Assembly (NCBI GenBank): GCA_002840305.1
Contig: PHAI01000002.1
Coordinates: 202,707-266,706, forward strand
DNA from: Candidatus Falkowbacteria bacterium HGW-Falkowbacteria-1
GTDB taxonomy: Bacteria > Patescibacteriota > Patescibacteriia > Patescibacteriales > UBA12465
DNA: 64,000 nt
Direction: 5' to 3'
Below are positions 8,589 to 18,974 of the stretch, piece by piece. Below the pieces are notes generated by a model. The model had not been told where the DNA came from, did no database searches, and was given only the letters and a program-made list of their open reading frames with translations. Position 1 is the first letter of the stretch; each line of letters begins with the position of its first letter. The position numbers were made by a program, and so were the translations under genes.

Positions 8589-10022
8589 TTAAATATTAGA
8601 AGAATTAATTTTTAATAAACTATAGGCTATCCTAAAAACATCACCAGCGCCCATAAGTAAAATAACATTATCAGCTCCAGCTACTTTTTTCAATTCTTTT
8701 TCGACCAACTTCATGTCTTTAAAATATTTTAATTCTTGTTTTTTATTTTTTTCTAAATTATATTGCTTCACTTTATTAAGTAAGTCAACACTCGACAGCC
8801 CACCCCCCTGCTCTCTAGCCGAAGTATAAATTTCCAACAAAAAAAGAGAATCACTTAGAACAAAACTCTTGGCAAAATCATCAAGCAAAACCTTTGTTCT
8901 GCTCACCGTATGTGGATGAAAAACTGTTATTATCTTTTTATTCTTATACCTTTGTTTTACGGCATCTAAACAAGCTTTTATTTCGCTAGGATGATGAGCA
9001 TAATCATCAATTATTACTGAGCCGTTATATTTACCTAAAACATCAAAACGACGAGAAGCTCCATTAAAAGAGTACAAATTGTTTCTTAGCCCCCCCAAGC
9101 TAACTCCCATTTCTAAGGATGCTGAAATAACGGCTAAAGAATTTAAAATATTGTGTCGACCCATTAGTTTTATTTTGAAATTGGCAAATTTTTTGCCATT
9201 TCTATAGACAGAAAAACTTTGGCCATAAGTCTCGGTTTTAATATTTTTGGCTTGATAAATTTTTTGATAACTTTCTTTGAGTTTATTATTTTTTTCTTCA
9301 ATGCAGTAAGCAATGGTTCTGCCATGATTTTTGGCGCCAACCTTAACCGACTGTTTATCCTCTAAATTAAGTACCAAAAATCCTTCTTTAGGAATTTTTT
9401 TAATGAAATCAAGAAAAACTTTATAATACTGTTTTTCATCTTTAAAATAGTCGGGATGATCAAAGTCAATATTATTCAAAATTACAGCTTTGGGGTTAAA
9501 ATACTTTAATTTGTTTTGATACTCATCTGACTCAACTATAAAATATTTGGAATCACCAGACAAAGAGCTGCCCTTGAATTGTCTAACATAGGAACCGCTT
9601 AAAACATTTGGTTTTAAACCTGCCTTATTTAAAACATGCCCCAACCAAGAAGTAACAGTGGTTTTACCATGACTACCACAAACTGAAACTCCAAAATAAT
9701 CAGCGAACAAAGACCCCAGGGCCTCGGCATAACTTATTATCTTTAAGCCTTTTTTATCTAAAAATTTTAATTCAATATTCTTATCAATCTCAAAAGCCGA
9801 AGATCTAACAACTAAGTCTATTTTTTTAGGAAAATTACTTAAAGAAAACCCTTGCTTTACCTTTATTTTAGCATTAAAAAGTGTCCTATCGGTTTGAAAT
9901 TCTTCTTTGACATCAGAGCCAGAAACACAATAACCTTTAGACACCAAAAACTGAGCCAACATTGTCATGCCGACTCCTTTTATGCCGACCATATAAATAT
10001 TAATATCTTTATCTTTAAACAT
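8589..10022 (-). CDS. murC: UDP-N-acetylmuramate--L-alanine ligase
   Basis: GIKGVGM, GSHGKTT, ESDEY, DDYAHHPSEI, MGAGD. Confidence 0.95.
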   Translation of the reverse strand: MFKDKDINIYMVGIKGVGMTMLAQFLVSKGYCVSGSDVKEEFQTDRTLFNAKIKVKQGFSLSNFPKKIDLVVRSSAFEIDKNIELKFLDKKGLKIISYAEALGSLFADYFGVSVCGSHGKTTVTSWLGHVLNKAGLKPNVLSGSYVRQFKGSSLSGDSKYFIVESDEYQNKLKYFNPKAVILNNIDFDHPDYFKDEKQYYKVFLDFIKKIPKEGFLVLNLEDKQSVKVGAKNHGRTIAYCIEEKNNKLKESYQKIYQAKNIKTETYGQSFSVYRNGKKFANFKIKLMGRHNILNSLAVISASLEMGVSLGGLRNNLYSFNGASRRFDVLGKYNGSVIIDDYAHHPSEIKACLDAVKQRYKNKKIITVFHPHTVSRTKVLLDDFAKSFVLSDSLFLLEIYTSAREQGGGLSSVDLLNKVKQYNLEKNKKQELKYFKDMKLVEKELKKVAGADNVILLMGAGDVFRIAYSLLKINSSNI

Positions 10023-10083
10023 AATTATTTTAACATTAACAAATCAAGCAATAATAATATAATTATAGCATATTTGTAAAAAT

Positions 10084-10109
10084 AAAAAAGGCAAGAATGA
10101 TTCTTGCCT
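10084..10109 (-). terminator. Intrinsic terminator
   Basis: AGGCAAGAA/TTCTTGCCT stem with U-tract on minus strand. Confidence 0.7.
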
Positions 10110-10120
10110 CGCTGAAACAG

Positions 10121-10723
10121 TTAAACTTTCTTCTTTGAACAATGAGGATTCGCCCATTTAGAGCATTCATCCTGAGAATAATCCCAATCTATCTTGGGAT
10201 GTTCAAGCTGATAAATATGCACCACTGGCGATCCCTCGAGACGAGTTAATTTAGAACTCAATGCCCTAACGCAGCACCTCAAAAGGGTTTGATTAAAAAG
10301 GCAAAGAGATATGGCCTCGGCCAAGGTTAAAAAGGATTGATCCATATCGATATCCCTATTCCCGTCAAAGCAAGCTTCATCCAGATTAAAAATGTAATAT
10401 GGCTCACTGGGAGTTTTTATTAAATCTAAAATGTCCTCAGATCTAAAATAGGTATGACCTTGATTGCCTCGAAAACTAAGAAAATAAGCCTGGATTGGTA
10501 ATTCTATAATATCAAGAGGAATAACTGGAGAAAAAATAAGGTCGCCCGTAAACTTACCACTTAACATTATTTCATTTCCAGTTGACACAACCAAGTCTTT
10601 CTTTTCCATGAGACTTTCTATTGGACCAATAATTTTGTCGGCCGAAACGTTTAATTCCACCAAAGTCCTTATTTGTTTATCGAACAAACAAGAAAGATCT
10701 TTTAAGATCGTACTAGTTATCAT
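10121..10723 (-). CDS. Hypothetical protein (possibly DUF5701-like)
   Basis: 200-aa ORF with own terminator; PVIP, PYYIF and LTLAEAI motifs. Confidence 0.6.
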   Translation of the reverse strand: MITSTILKDLSCLFDKQIRTLVELNVSADKIIGPIESLMEKKDLVVSTGNEIMLSGKFTGDLIFSPVIPLDIIELPIQAYFLSFRGNQGHTYFRSEDILDLIKTPSEPYYIFNLDEACFDGNRDIDMDQSFLTLAEAISLCLFNQTLLRCCVRALSSKLTRLEGSPVVHIYQLEHPKIDWDYSQDECSKWANPHCSKKKV

Positions 10724-10807
10724 CTCCGCATTTTTTAATTGAAATTATTTTAATGGACTAATCAATTAAACATACAAAAAAAATAATAAAAAGTCAACAT
10801 CTTAATA

Positions 10808-10836
10808 TTGACAAAAATCAAAAAATTTTGTAAGCT
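10808..10836 (+). promoter_or_regulatory. Sigma70 promoter for inserted three-gene unit
   Basis: TTGACA-N17-TAAGCT about 10 nt before ATG 10847. Confidence 0.6.
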
Positions 10837-10846
10837 TAGCTGTAAT

Positions 10847-11032
10847 ATGGAAAACAAAAAGATATCACAAAAAGAGATAGAAGAAAAAAAAGGCAAGATA
10901 CAGCAAATATACAATAATTACATAGAAAAAATTAAAAAATTAAGATCAAAACAAGAAAATATTGTTCTCGTTTATATAAAAAACAAAGAAAAAGAAAAGC
11001 TAGAAAAAATAAGACAAAATATCAAAAAATAA
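10847..11032 (+). CDS. Small coiled-coil hypothetical protein
   Basis: 61-aa K/E-rich ORF from ATG 10847, 9 nt before the next gene. Confidence 0.6.
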   Translation: MENKKISQKEIEEKKGKIQQIYNNYIEKIKKLRSKQENIVLVYIKNKEKEKLEKIRQNIKK

Positions 11033-11041
11033 TTTAAAAAT

Positions 11042-12523
11042 ATGTCTTCAGAAAAAAACATTTTAGAAGAACCAAGAATCTTGGATTCTAAGACGGAAAA
11101 TCAAGAGGATTTAGAAAAATCAGATCACGTCTGGAACGCCGAAGATATAATTAAATTTGGCAAAGAAACAATAGAAAAAATAAAAAACAAAGAAAGAGAT
11201 AACCACGCTTCCTATGAGTCGTTGTTTTTAGAAATGAAAAAATATGGAGAAGATAATCCAGAAGATTTCGAGGCCTTAAAAGAATTTCAAAAAATCCAAA
11301 AAGAAATAAATAATCTTTTTGCGGAACTGAAAGAAAAAATAAACAAAGAAAACAAAAACGAAAGACATCCATCACCCGAAGAAATAAAAAGCAGAATTAT
11401 AAGTAGAGAGTCTAACGAAGACGAAAAAAACAGACTACAAGAAAGAATACCGTCACATCAAAAAGAAGCATTAAAATTATGCGCTAGTATTTTTAATAAA
11501 TGCGATTATCCTTGGTATTTAACCGGATCAATCGCTTTTTTAATAAACGCTAACGAAAGCAAAAAGCAACCAGATGACATTGACATTATCTTTCATGAAA
11601 AAGATTTTGCAAAAATGACAGAAGAATTCGGAAAAATAGGCTTTAAAACCGGCATAGCGGAAACAACCGGCTGTCCCTTTATAAAAGGAAAAATAAAAAT
11701 AGAAATACAGAACAAGGATGGTGAAATTGAAGAAAAAATGGTTGAGATGGAAGCTTTTGGTCAAAAAACAGAGGAGCCAAACGGACTAATAAACCCTGGT
11801 TCCAAAGACACCAAATATGAAGTAATAAAAAATAAACTATCAGAAAATGAAAATGAAGATTTTAATATTTTAGATAGATCCGGACAAATAGAGCTATATT
11901 TTAAAAATTTATCCAGTGAAATAAAAAACTTTAACCTTGATCACATATTGGATAAAATAAAAGAAGGAGATGAGGGAGTTGAAAATAAATCAAAAAAATT
12001 TATAAACCGACTGGCCAATTTATTTGAATTAAACAATAATAACCCCAGGGAAGTTATTGGCAAGGCTAGAAGATCATGCAAAAGTGAAGAAGATGTTTTT
12101 TTATTAAGAAGATTTATTGATATAAGCAAAAATTTCACAGAAAAAGAACCATCTGGAGAGGGCTTAACGAACGTACTCGACGATGGAGAGCTTCAAGCAT
12201 CAGTTGAAAAACTCAAGGAAATAATAGACAAAGAAATAAACGGAATAACTAAAAGCTACCAAAGCATAATAGAAAAAACAAAAAACATAGAGAATATCGA
12301 AGAAGAAGAAAGAAAAGACTTAATCATTAATATTGAAAATGAAATTCTAAGCAAAAGAATTATGATTAATAATTTTTTAAATTACCATGAAGATATAGAC
12401 AAAACCGATGAAGGATATAAAGATTTACCATTATACATATTTATAAACGAATTTAAGGACAATTTTGTAGAACCTTTTTGCAAAAAATTATCAGACATTG
12501 ACAACAAACTAAATAGAAAATAA
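11042..12523 (+). CDS. Pol-beta-superfamily nucleotidyltransferase-domain protein with helical flanks
   Basis: WYLTGSIA...PDDIDIIF (hGS + DxD) motif. Confidence 0.7.
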   Translation: MSSEKNILEEPRILDSKTENQEDLEKSDHVWNAEDIIKFGKETIEKIKNKERDNHASYESLFLEMKKYGEDNPEDFEALKEFQKIQKEINNLFAELKEKINKENKNERHPSPEEIKSRIISRESNEDEKNRLQERIPSHQKEALKLCASIFNKCDYPWYLTGSIAFLINANESKKQPDDIDIIFHEKDFAKMTEEFGKIGFKTGIAETTGCPFIKGKIKIEIQNKDGEIEEKMVEMEAFGQKTEEPNGLINPGSKDTKYEVIKNKLSENENEDFNILDRSGQIELYFKNLSSEIKNFNLDHILDKIKEGDEGVENKSKKFINRLANLFELNNNNPREVIGKARRSCKSEEDVFLLRRFIDISKNFTEKEPSGEGLTNVLDDGELQASVEKLKEIIDKEINGITKSYQSIIEKTKNIENIEEEERKDLIINIENEILSKRIMINNFLNYHEDIDKTDEGYKDLPLYIFINEFKDNFVEPFCKKLSDIDNKLNRK

Positions 12524-12534
12524 CAAAAATAAAT

Positions 12535-12729
12535 ATGAGTGCAGCCGAAAATCAAAAAAAAATGTTTTCAGTCGAAGAAATTAATCAACTGAACAAAGAA
12601 ACCGATCCAAAAAGATTGGAGGAATTTTTTTATGGTATTTTTTTAAGAGGCGGAGACAGCCAAGAAGAGGCTAGAAAAATGGCAAAAAAATGGTCAAATG
12701 AAATGACAAAAAACAATTTGCCAAAATAG
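12535..12729 (+). CDS. Small hypothetical protein
   Basis: 64-aa ORF 11 nt after the NTase gene. Confidence 0.55.
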   Translation: MSAAENQKKMFSVEEINQLNKETDPKRLEEFFYGIFLRGGDSQEEARKMAKKWSNEMTKNNLPK

Positions 12730-12732
12730 CAG

Positions 12733-13812
12733 TTATCTCAACAAACTCTTAATAATGGCAATCATACCCTGATTGCCATTTTTTATTATCTTAGAAGCAT
12801 TATTCCCTAATTTTTGTTGCCCGTCTCTATCGTTTAATATTTTCTCAATATTCTCAATAAAAAATTCGGACGATAATCTTTTTTCCTCAAGAACTACGGC
12901 TCCCTTCCCGTCACTAAACTCATCAGCATTATTCTCTTGATGAGAATTTGGCATCGGAATAAGAATAGCAGCTTTTTTCAAAAAAGAAATCTCAGTCAAA
13001 GTGGAAAGACCACAACGAGAAACAATCAAATCACTCACGGTCATTAAATCCATTAAATTATCATGATCCATGAAGGAAAATTTCAAATAGTTAACAGATC
13101 TAAGGTCATTTTTAATATCACGACTTTTATCACCAGAAATGTGAACTATATTGCAAGACAAACTTAAATCTTTAACAGAATTACTGACCAAGCTATTTAT
13201 AAACAAAGAACCGGTCCCTCCGCCCAAAATTAAAACTAGGGGCAAATCTTTGTTTAGATTATATTTATCAAAAATATTATTCCTTGAAATTGTTGTTTTG
13301 TTTTTTGCATCAAAACCAATATTGCCTATTAACCTGGCCCTTTTTCCATAACAACCTAAAGATTTATCAAAAGTAACGGTTATGACTTTAGCAAAGGGGG
13401 CCATCAACTTATTAGCTAAACCAGGTTCAACATCTTGCTGATGAATTAAAACTGGTATTTTTAAAAGCCAAGAAGCAAAAACCAAAGGAACAGAAACGAA
13501 AGCGCCAGCACTAATTAATATGCTTGGTCTCTCTCTCATTAAAAAAAATAATGACTGCCAAAATGCTCCAAAAATTTTGAACAAATCGATAAAATTAGAA
13601 ACGGAAAAATATCTCCTAAATTTGCCGCTGAGTATTGCCACATATTCCATATTCTCTTTGGCAACCATCTCCCTTTCTAAACCATCATAGGTACCAACAA
13701 AAATAAAATCAAAATCATTTTTCAATTCCCTACTTATAAAAAACAAAGGGACAACAGACCCGCCAGTTCCTCCCCCGCTCAAAATTATCTTCTTTTTTTT
13801 ATTGTCCTTCAT
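12733..13812 (-). CDS. murG: Lipid II GlcNAc transferase
   Basis: SGGGTGGS, HQQDVEPGLAN, LGGGTGS, HQENNA. Confidence 0.95.
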   Translation of the reverse strand: MKDNKKKKIILSGGGTGGSVVPLFFISRELKNDFDFIFVGTYDGLEREMVAKENMEYVAILSGKFRRYFSVSNFIDLFKIFGAFWQSLFFLMRERPSILISAGAFVSVPLVFASWLLKIPVLIHQQDVEPGLANKLMAPFAKVITVTFDKSLGCYGKRARLIGNIGFDAKNKTTISRNNIFDKYNLNKDLPLVLILGGGTGSLFINSLVSNSVKDLSLSCNIVHISGDKSRDIKNDLRSVNYLKFSFMDHDNLMDLMTVSDLIVSRCGLSTLTEISFLKKAAILIPMPNSHQENNADEFSDGKGAVVLEEKRLSSEFFIENIEKILNDRDGQQKLGNNASKIIKNGNQGMIAIIKSLLR

Positions 13813-14953
13813 AATTATTATTTTTAGCTTGACGACTAATATTTATTAAAATACCAAAGGCAACAAGCAACATAAGAAGCGATGTTCCTCCCGCGCTTAC
13901 AAAAGGGAGCGGCGCACCAGTCATGGGTATTAAATTTATCATTCCACCAATATTTAAAAAGGCCTGAATAAATATCCAAACAGAAATCCCAACAGCTAAC
14001 GACTTACCAAATAAATCAGGAGCCCGACCGGCTATTATCATTCCCCGCACAAAAATAAAAAAATAAACTAAAATCAAGATAAACGAACCAATAAAGCCGA
14101 TCTCTTCTGCTATTACTGGGAAAATAGAATCAGCCCAAACTTCTGGTAAATAATTAAATTTTTGGCGACTCTCTCCAAGTCCTCTGCCCCACAAACCACC
14201 AGAACCAACGGCTATCATCGATTGATTAACCTGATAACAAATATTTTTATCAAAATCTGGATTCTGCAAACATTTTATTCTTTCAGCCTGATAGGATCTG
14301 ATAATACTATTTTCTTCGTTAGAATTAATATTATTAAAAACAAACAAAACGCTAATGGCCATTAATAAAAACAAAATAAACAAATGGCTACTGTTCCCTC
14401 CAGCAACCATATAAACCATTAGGGAAATAAAACCGATTATTAAAAAAGTGCCTAAATCCGGTTGCCTTAGAATGAATACTCCAATTAATATCAAAACAGA
14501 CAAAAACGGCAAGATGCCATTAGAAAATTTCTTTAGATCATCTTTTCTCGATTCCAACCAGGCAGACAAATAAAACAAAAACAACAATTTAACGGCTTCA
14601 GAAACCTGAAAAGAATTACCAAAAACGACTATCCAGCGATAGGAGGTGCCATACTCATTTCTAATACCAGGAACAAAAACCAAGATTAATAGAACAAAAG
14701 AAAGAAGCAAAGCAAAGAAAGAGTATTTTTTAAAAAAGTGATAGTCAATTTTATAAAGAAAAAAGAACAAAGCTAGGCCTAAAAATAAACCAAAAAACTG
14801 TCTTTTGACATAATAGTAAGGATCACCAAAATTTGATTGAGCTATCGCCAAGGAGGCGCTAAAAAGCATCACTAAACCAAAAATGATTAGCAAAAGAACA
14901 GTAATAATCAAATACTTGTCAGCCGGAACTGATTGTTTGTTTTTTAAAAACAT
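13799..14953 (-). CDS. ftsW: SEDS peptidoglycan glycosyltransferase FtsW
   Basis: QPDLGT, YQVNQS, GSGGLWGRG, LPEVWADSIF, GAPLPFVSAGGTS; dcw context. Confidence 0.93.
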   Translation of the reverse strand: MFLKNKQSVPADKYLIITVLLLIIFGLVMLFSASLAIAQSNFGDPYYYVKRQFFGLFLGLALFFFLYKIDYHFFKKYSFFALLLSFVLLILVFVPGIRNEYGTSYRWIVVFGNSFQVSEAVKLLFLFYLSAWLESRKDDLKKFSNGILPFLSVLILIGVFILRQPDLGTFLIIGFISLMVYMVAGGNSSHLFILFLLMAISVLFVFNNINSNEENSIIRSYQAERIKCLQNPDFDKNICYQVNQSMIAVGSGGLWGRGLGESRQKFNYLPEVWADSIFPVIAEEIGFIGSFILILVYFFIFVRGMIIAGRAPDLFGKSLAVGISVWIFIQAFLNIGGMINLIPMTGAPLPFVSAGGTSLLMLLVAFGILINISRQAKNNNYEGQ

Positions 14954-14959
14954 AAGAAA

Positions 14960-16012
14960 CTAAAAAGTAAAAGTTTTATCAAGTAAAAAAATTAACAAAC
15001 CAATAGCGGCTGTTACGGCCGATATCAACCAGAACCTCATAACAATCTTAAACTCTGGCCAGCCACAGGCTTGAAAGTGATGATGAATTGGCGCAGAAAG
15101 AAAAACTTTTTTGTTTCTCGTTTTTCTCGATATAATTTGAACAATAACCGACACAGATTCCATCAAAAATATAAAACCTATAAATGGTAAAAGCAAAATA
15201 TTGTTAGTGAGCAAGGCAATTATTCCCAAGGTAACACCCAAACTCATAGAGCCCGTATCACCCATGTAAAAACGGGCCGGTGGAATGTTAAACCACAAAA
15301 ATGCCAACAAAGCTCCAGCTATGACCCCACAAAATACAGCTAAATCGTATCTCTCCATCACAAAAGAAATGATTCCATAGGAAGCAAAAGCAAACAAAAG
15401 CGGACCTCCCGCCAAACCATCAAGCCCATCAGTTTCATTAACCGAAAAAGAAGTGGCTACAATTATAAAAATAAAAACAGGAATATACCACCAAGAAATC
15501 TGAAAGAATCCCAAGAAAGGAATATGTATCAAAGTCCAATCTAGTTTAAAATAGAACCATAAAGCTCCAACGGCAGCAATAATGGTATAAATAAGCAGAC
15601 GATGTCTCATTTTAAGTCCTCCTCCGCCCAAGGCACCACGGCCTGAAACATCAAGCCAATCGTCCAAAAGGCCAATTAAGGCCGCGGCCATTAAGGCCCC
15701 CAACGGAAGTAATGTTTCTTTTTGAGACAAAAAATTTAAATTAGCTATTAAACTATCAGGAAAAATAAGAGATAAATAATAAAAAACTAAAATAAAAACA
15801 AATAAAGTACCCCATATCAAAATCCCACCCATGGTTGGTGTTCCAGCTTTGTGGGCATGAAGTTTGGAAAATATTGGTGTATCACCACTATTTCTTATCT
15901 TTTTACCTAATTTATATTTATACAAAAAATTACTTAAAATCGGAGTCCACAAAACAGTAAAAACAAAAGCAAAAGTAGAGAGAAATAAGATCTTTATTAC
16001 TTGAAATTCCAT
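14960..16012 (-). CDS. mraY: Phospho-N-acetylmuramoyl-pentapeptide transferase
   Basis: KAGTPTMGG, NETDGLDGL, YMGDTGS, APIHHHF. Confidence 0.97.
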   Translation of the reverse strand: MEFQVIKILFLSTFAFVFTVLWTPILSNFLYKYKLGKKIRNSGDTPIFSKLHAHKAGTPTMGGILIWGTLFVFILVFYYLSLIFPDSLIANLNFLSQKETLLPLGALMAAALIGLLDDWLDVSGRGALGGGGLKMRHRLLIYTIIAAVGALWFYFKLDWTLIHIPFLGFFQISWWYIPVFIFIIVATSFSVNETDGLDGLAGGPLLFAFASYGIISFVMERYDLAVFCGVIAGALLAFLWFNIPPARFYMGDTGSMSLGVTLGIIALLTNNILLLPFIGFIFLMESVSVIVQIISRKTRNKKVFLSAPIHHHFQACGWPEFKIVMRFWLISAVTAAIGLLIFLLDKTFTF

Positions 16013-16016
16013 AATT

Positions 16017-16439
16017 TTATTTAAAATTTATTAAATAAACAAGAAGGACCGACAGCAACAAAAACAACTGAGTCAACAACAAAAAAGAAGCTGTAAAATA
16101 AAAAACAAATTTAAAATCACCAGTTCTTCTCTTTAAAAAAAATAATAAGAAAATTTTATTTAAAAAGATAAGAATCAAACTTAGAAGTGGGACTATAAAA
16201 ATATCACTTCTACCACCTATCAAGTCTATTCCTATATCAACATTATAATGTAAAATTAATCTATCCTGGGTAATATTATCAAAAATAAAATAGGAAAAAA
16301 TCCATAGAGAAATATTAACGATTAAAAAAAGGATAAAAAAAATCCTTACAAAAGAAAAGCGATAAAATTTAGACAACAATGCCTTCAAATCACTAATCGC
16401 TAGGGTTAAATAATCGTAAATCTTTATAAAAAAACTCAT
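16017..16439 (-). CDS. Membrane hypothetical protein (DUF1648-like)
   Basis: Three hydrophobic segments and ILHYNVDIGIDLIG motif. Confidence 0.65.
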   Translation of the reverse strand: MSFFIKIYDYLTLAISDLKALLSKFYRFSFVRIFFILFLIVNISLWIFSYFIFDNITQDRLILHYNVDIGIDLIGGRSDIFIVPLLSLILIFLNKIFLLFFLKRRTGDFKFVFYFTASFLLLTQLFLLLSVLLVYLINFK

Positions 16440-16559
16440 AAAATTATATAAATAACAAGGCTTCAGTATCTACTTTTTGCTCATTTTTATTCTAGCATAT
16501 TTAAAAATAATATAAAATATGTTAAGCTATAATCAAATAATATAACAAAAAATTAAATT

Positions 16560-17231
16560 ATGAAGGTATTTTGCGTCATACCAGCCTGGAATGAAGAAAA
16601 AAACATCATAGAAACCATAAACAAAGTATTGCCCTATGTTGACGGCTTAGTGATTGTAGACGATTATTCAACTGATAAAACTGCTGAAATCTTGAAGCAG
16701 GTGAAAAATAACAAAATAACATCTTTGCATCACCCCATAAATCTAGGGCAAGGAGCCGCGCTACAAACCGGGAACGAGTATTGTCTTAAAAACGGAGCCG
16801 AAATAATTGTTCATTTTGATGCTGATGGACAATTTTTGGCCGAAGAAATACCAAAAATTATAAAACCAATATTGGAAGAAGAATATGAAATTGTTTTTGG
16901 ATCACGCTTCATGGAAATAAATTCTGATATTCCAAAATTTAAAAAAAATGTAATTCATCCACTAGCTAAAAAATTTAATTATATATTTTTTAGTATAAAA
17001 ACTAGTGATCCTCAAAGCGGTTTCAGAGCCATGACCAGAAATGTCGCCCAAAAAATAAAGATAGAAAGCGACAGAATGGCTCATTGCACAGAAATACTAG
17101 CAAAAGCTTTCGATTACAAATTAAGAATAAAAGAGGTTCCCATAACCGTTCTATACAAAGAATTTGGACAAAAATTTTCTGGCGGTTTTACAATAATAAA
17201 AGATCTAATTCTAAAAAAAATAAAAGGTTAA
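16560..17231 (+). CDS. Glycosyltransferase family 2 (DPM synthase-like)
   Basis: VIPAWNEE, VDDYSTD, FDADGQ, DPQSGFRA. Confidence 0.93.
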   Translation: MKVFCVIPAWNEEKNIIETINKVLPYVDGLVIVDDYSTDKTAEILKQVKNNKITSLHHPINLGQGAALQTGNEYCLKNGAEIIVHFDADGQFLAEEIPKIIKPILEEEYEIVFGSRFMEINSDIPKFKKNVIHPLAKKFNYIFFSIKTSDPQSGFRAMTRNVAQKIKIESDRMAHCTEILAKAFDYKLRIKEVPITVLYKEFGQKFSGGFTIIKDLILKKIKG

Positions 17232-17314
17232 AAAAATAAAATTTCGCTTTCACTCTACAATATTGCTTATTAACCAACAAACAATAAACGAGAGCCACAA
17301 CGAAATAAAAAAAT

Positions 17315-17638
17315 ATGATACAACAAATAACCGCAATATTAATAATTTTGTTCTTTCTAACAAAACTCTTTAGTCAGTGGAGAAAAAAAAGCATTACAAT
17401 TAATGAAATGTCCTTCTGGATGATCTTCTGGATTTTAGCTGCATTAATTATTGTTTTTATAAAGCCGATAGATAGACTAGTAATAAAACTAGGATTTTCT
17501 TCCTCTGGTATTAACCTGGCTTTTTATTTAGCAGTAATGTTTTTATTTTATCTAATTTTCAAAATGCGATTAAAAATATCAAAACTAGAAAAAGACATAA
17601 GCAACTTGGCCAGAAAAATAACTCTAATGGAAAAATAA
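17315..17638 (+). CDS. DUF2304-like membrane protein
   Basis: Three TM segments plus C-terminal coiled coil; usual partner of DPM-like GT2. Confidence 0.8.
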   Translation: MIQQITAILIILFFLTKLFSQWRKKSITINEMSFWMIFWILAALIIVFIKPIDRLVIKLGFSSSGINLAFYLAVMFLFYLIFKMRLKISKLEKDISNLARKITLMEK

Positions 17639-17640
17639 AC

Positions 17641-18933
17641 CTATTTTTTCCATTCTGAAGATTGTCTAACTAACAATTCTTCGGCTTTGTTTGGTTCAGC
17701 CATGATTTCCTTAACCACTCTTTCCAATCTCATACCTTGAGAAGCCTTAATCAAAATAATATCCCCCTTGGATATTCTATTTTGAACAAACAACCCAGCC
17801 TCAGAAACATCCATAAAATAAAACACCTTTTCCTTTTTAAAACCACCCTCAATTGCTCCTCGACCAATATCCCTGGCTTTTTCTCCTATCAAAATAAGTT
17901 CATCAATGTCCATGTCTGAAATCTTTTTCCCGACCAAAGAATGTCCCTCTTCGCTATAATGGCCTAGCTCTAACATGTCACCTAAAACGACAAACTTTTT
18001 ACGATTTTTATCCTTTTTAACTCTCTTTAAAAAATCAAGAGCAAATTTGCTCGATTCTGGGGACGAATTATAAGTATCATCAATAATTACGGTATTTTTA
18101 ATCCCCTTCAAAAGATTCATCCTCCCTTTTGGATTTTTAAATTCTTTAACACAATCAGTTAAATCAATTAAATGAAAACCCATAGAAACCGCTACTGAAA
18201 AGGCGCTCAAAAGAGAGTAGACGGCTGGCAAGCTTATTGCCCTTGGCAAGCTAACTGGAACAATCGAACCTTTGTATTCTAACTTAAAAATTGCTCCATA
18301 AAAAACCTCATCCAAGTCACCCTCTGGAAATACGAAATTTACATCCTTAGCGATTATATCCGCTTGAGAATTTATTCCATAACTTAAAACCGGATTTTTC
18401 AAATCATTCTTAACATCTTTAATATAATCATTATCAAAATTGATAATAGCAACGCCTCCTTTTCTCAGACCTTTCAACAACTTAACTTTTTCTTTTTTTA
18501 TCTGCTCTAAACCACCGAAATATTCAATGTGAGAATGAGAAACATTAGTCAAGACAGCTCTATCAGGTTTAACAATCGAAAGTAAATAATCCATATCCCC
18601 AACTCTATCTACGCCCATTTCCAAAACTAAAACCTCTGGATAATTCTGATCTCTAAAAAATAATATTTTTTTAGCTTGCCAAAAAACGTTCAACCAAGCG
18701 AAAAAATTTTTGCCTGGAGACTTCAAACCGATTATAGTCAAAGGCAGACCAAATTCGTTGTTATAATTAGAAAAACTAGACCTAACTCTTTTCTTGCAAG
18801 AAAGCACTAGGTCTATCGCTGCCTTGGAACTTGTTTTTCCAACACTACCCGTAACTCCAATAACCATTGGATTGTATTTCTTAATAATTCTCCTGGCAAA
18901 AAAGGCTAATAATTTTACAACTATTTTTTTCAT
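17641..18933 (-). CDS. murF: UDP-MurNAc-tripeptide--D-Ala-D-Ala ligase (lacks N-terminal domain)
   Basis: GVTGSVGKTS, NNEFGLPLT, DDTYNSSP, LGDMLELG, KASQG. Confidence 0.93.
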   Translation of the reverse strand: MKKIVVKLLAFFARRIIKKYNPMVIGVTGSVGKTSSKAAIDLVLSCKKRVRSSFSNYNNEFGLPLTIIGLKSPGKNFFAWLNVFWQAKKILFFRDQNYPEVLVLEMGVDRVGDMDYLLSIVKPDRAVLTNVSHSHIEYFGGLEQIKKEKVKLLKGLRKGGVAIINFDNDYIKDVKNDLKNPVLSYGINSQADIIAKDVNFVFPEGDLDEVFYGAIFKLEYKGSIVPVSLPRAISLPAVYSLLSAFSVAVSMGFHLIDLTDCVKEFKNPKGRMNLLKGIKNTVIIDDTYNSSPESSKFALDFLKRVKKDKNRKKFVVLGDMLELGHYSEEGHSLVGKKISDMDIDELILIGEKARDIGRGAIEGGFKKEKVFYFMDVSEAGLFVQNRISKGDIILIKASQGMRLERVVKEIMAEPNKAEELLVRQSSEWKK

Positions 18934-18974
18934 ATAATTTTATTTAAATTTAATTAATAACCCTAAACTAAATA

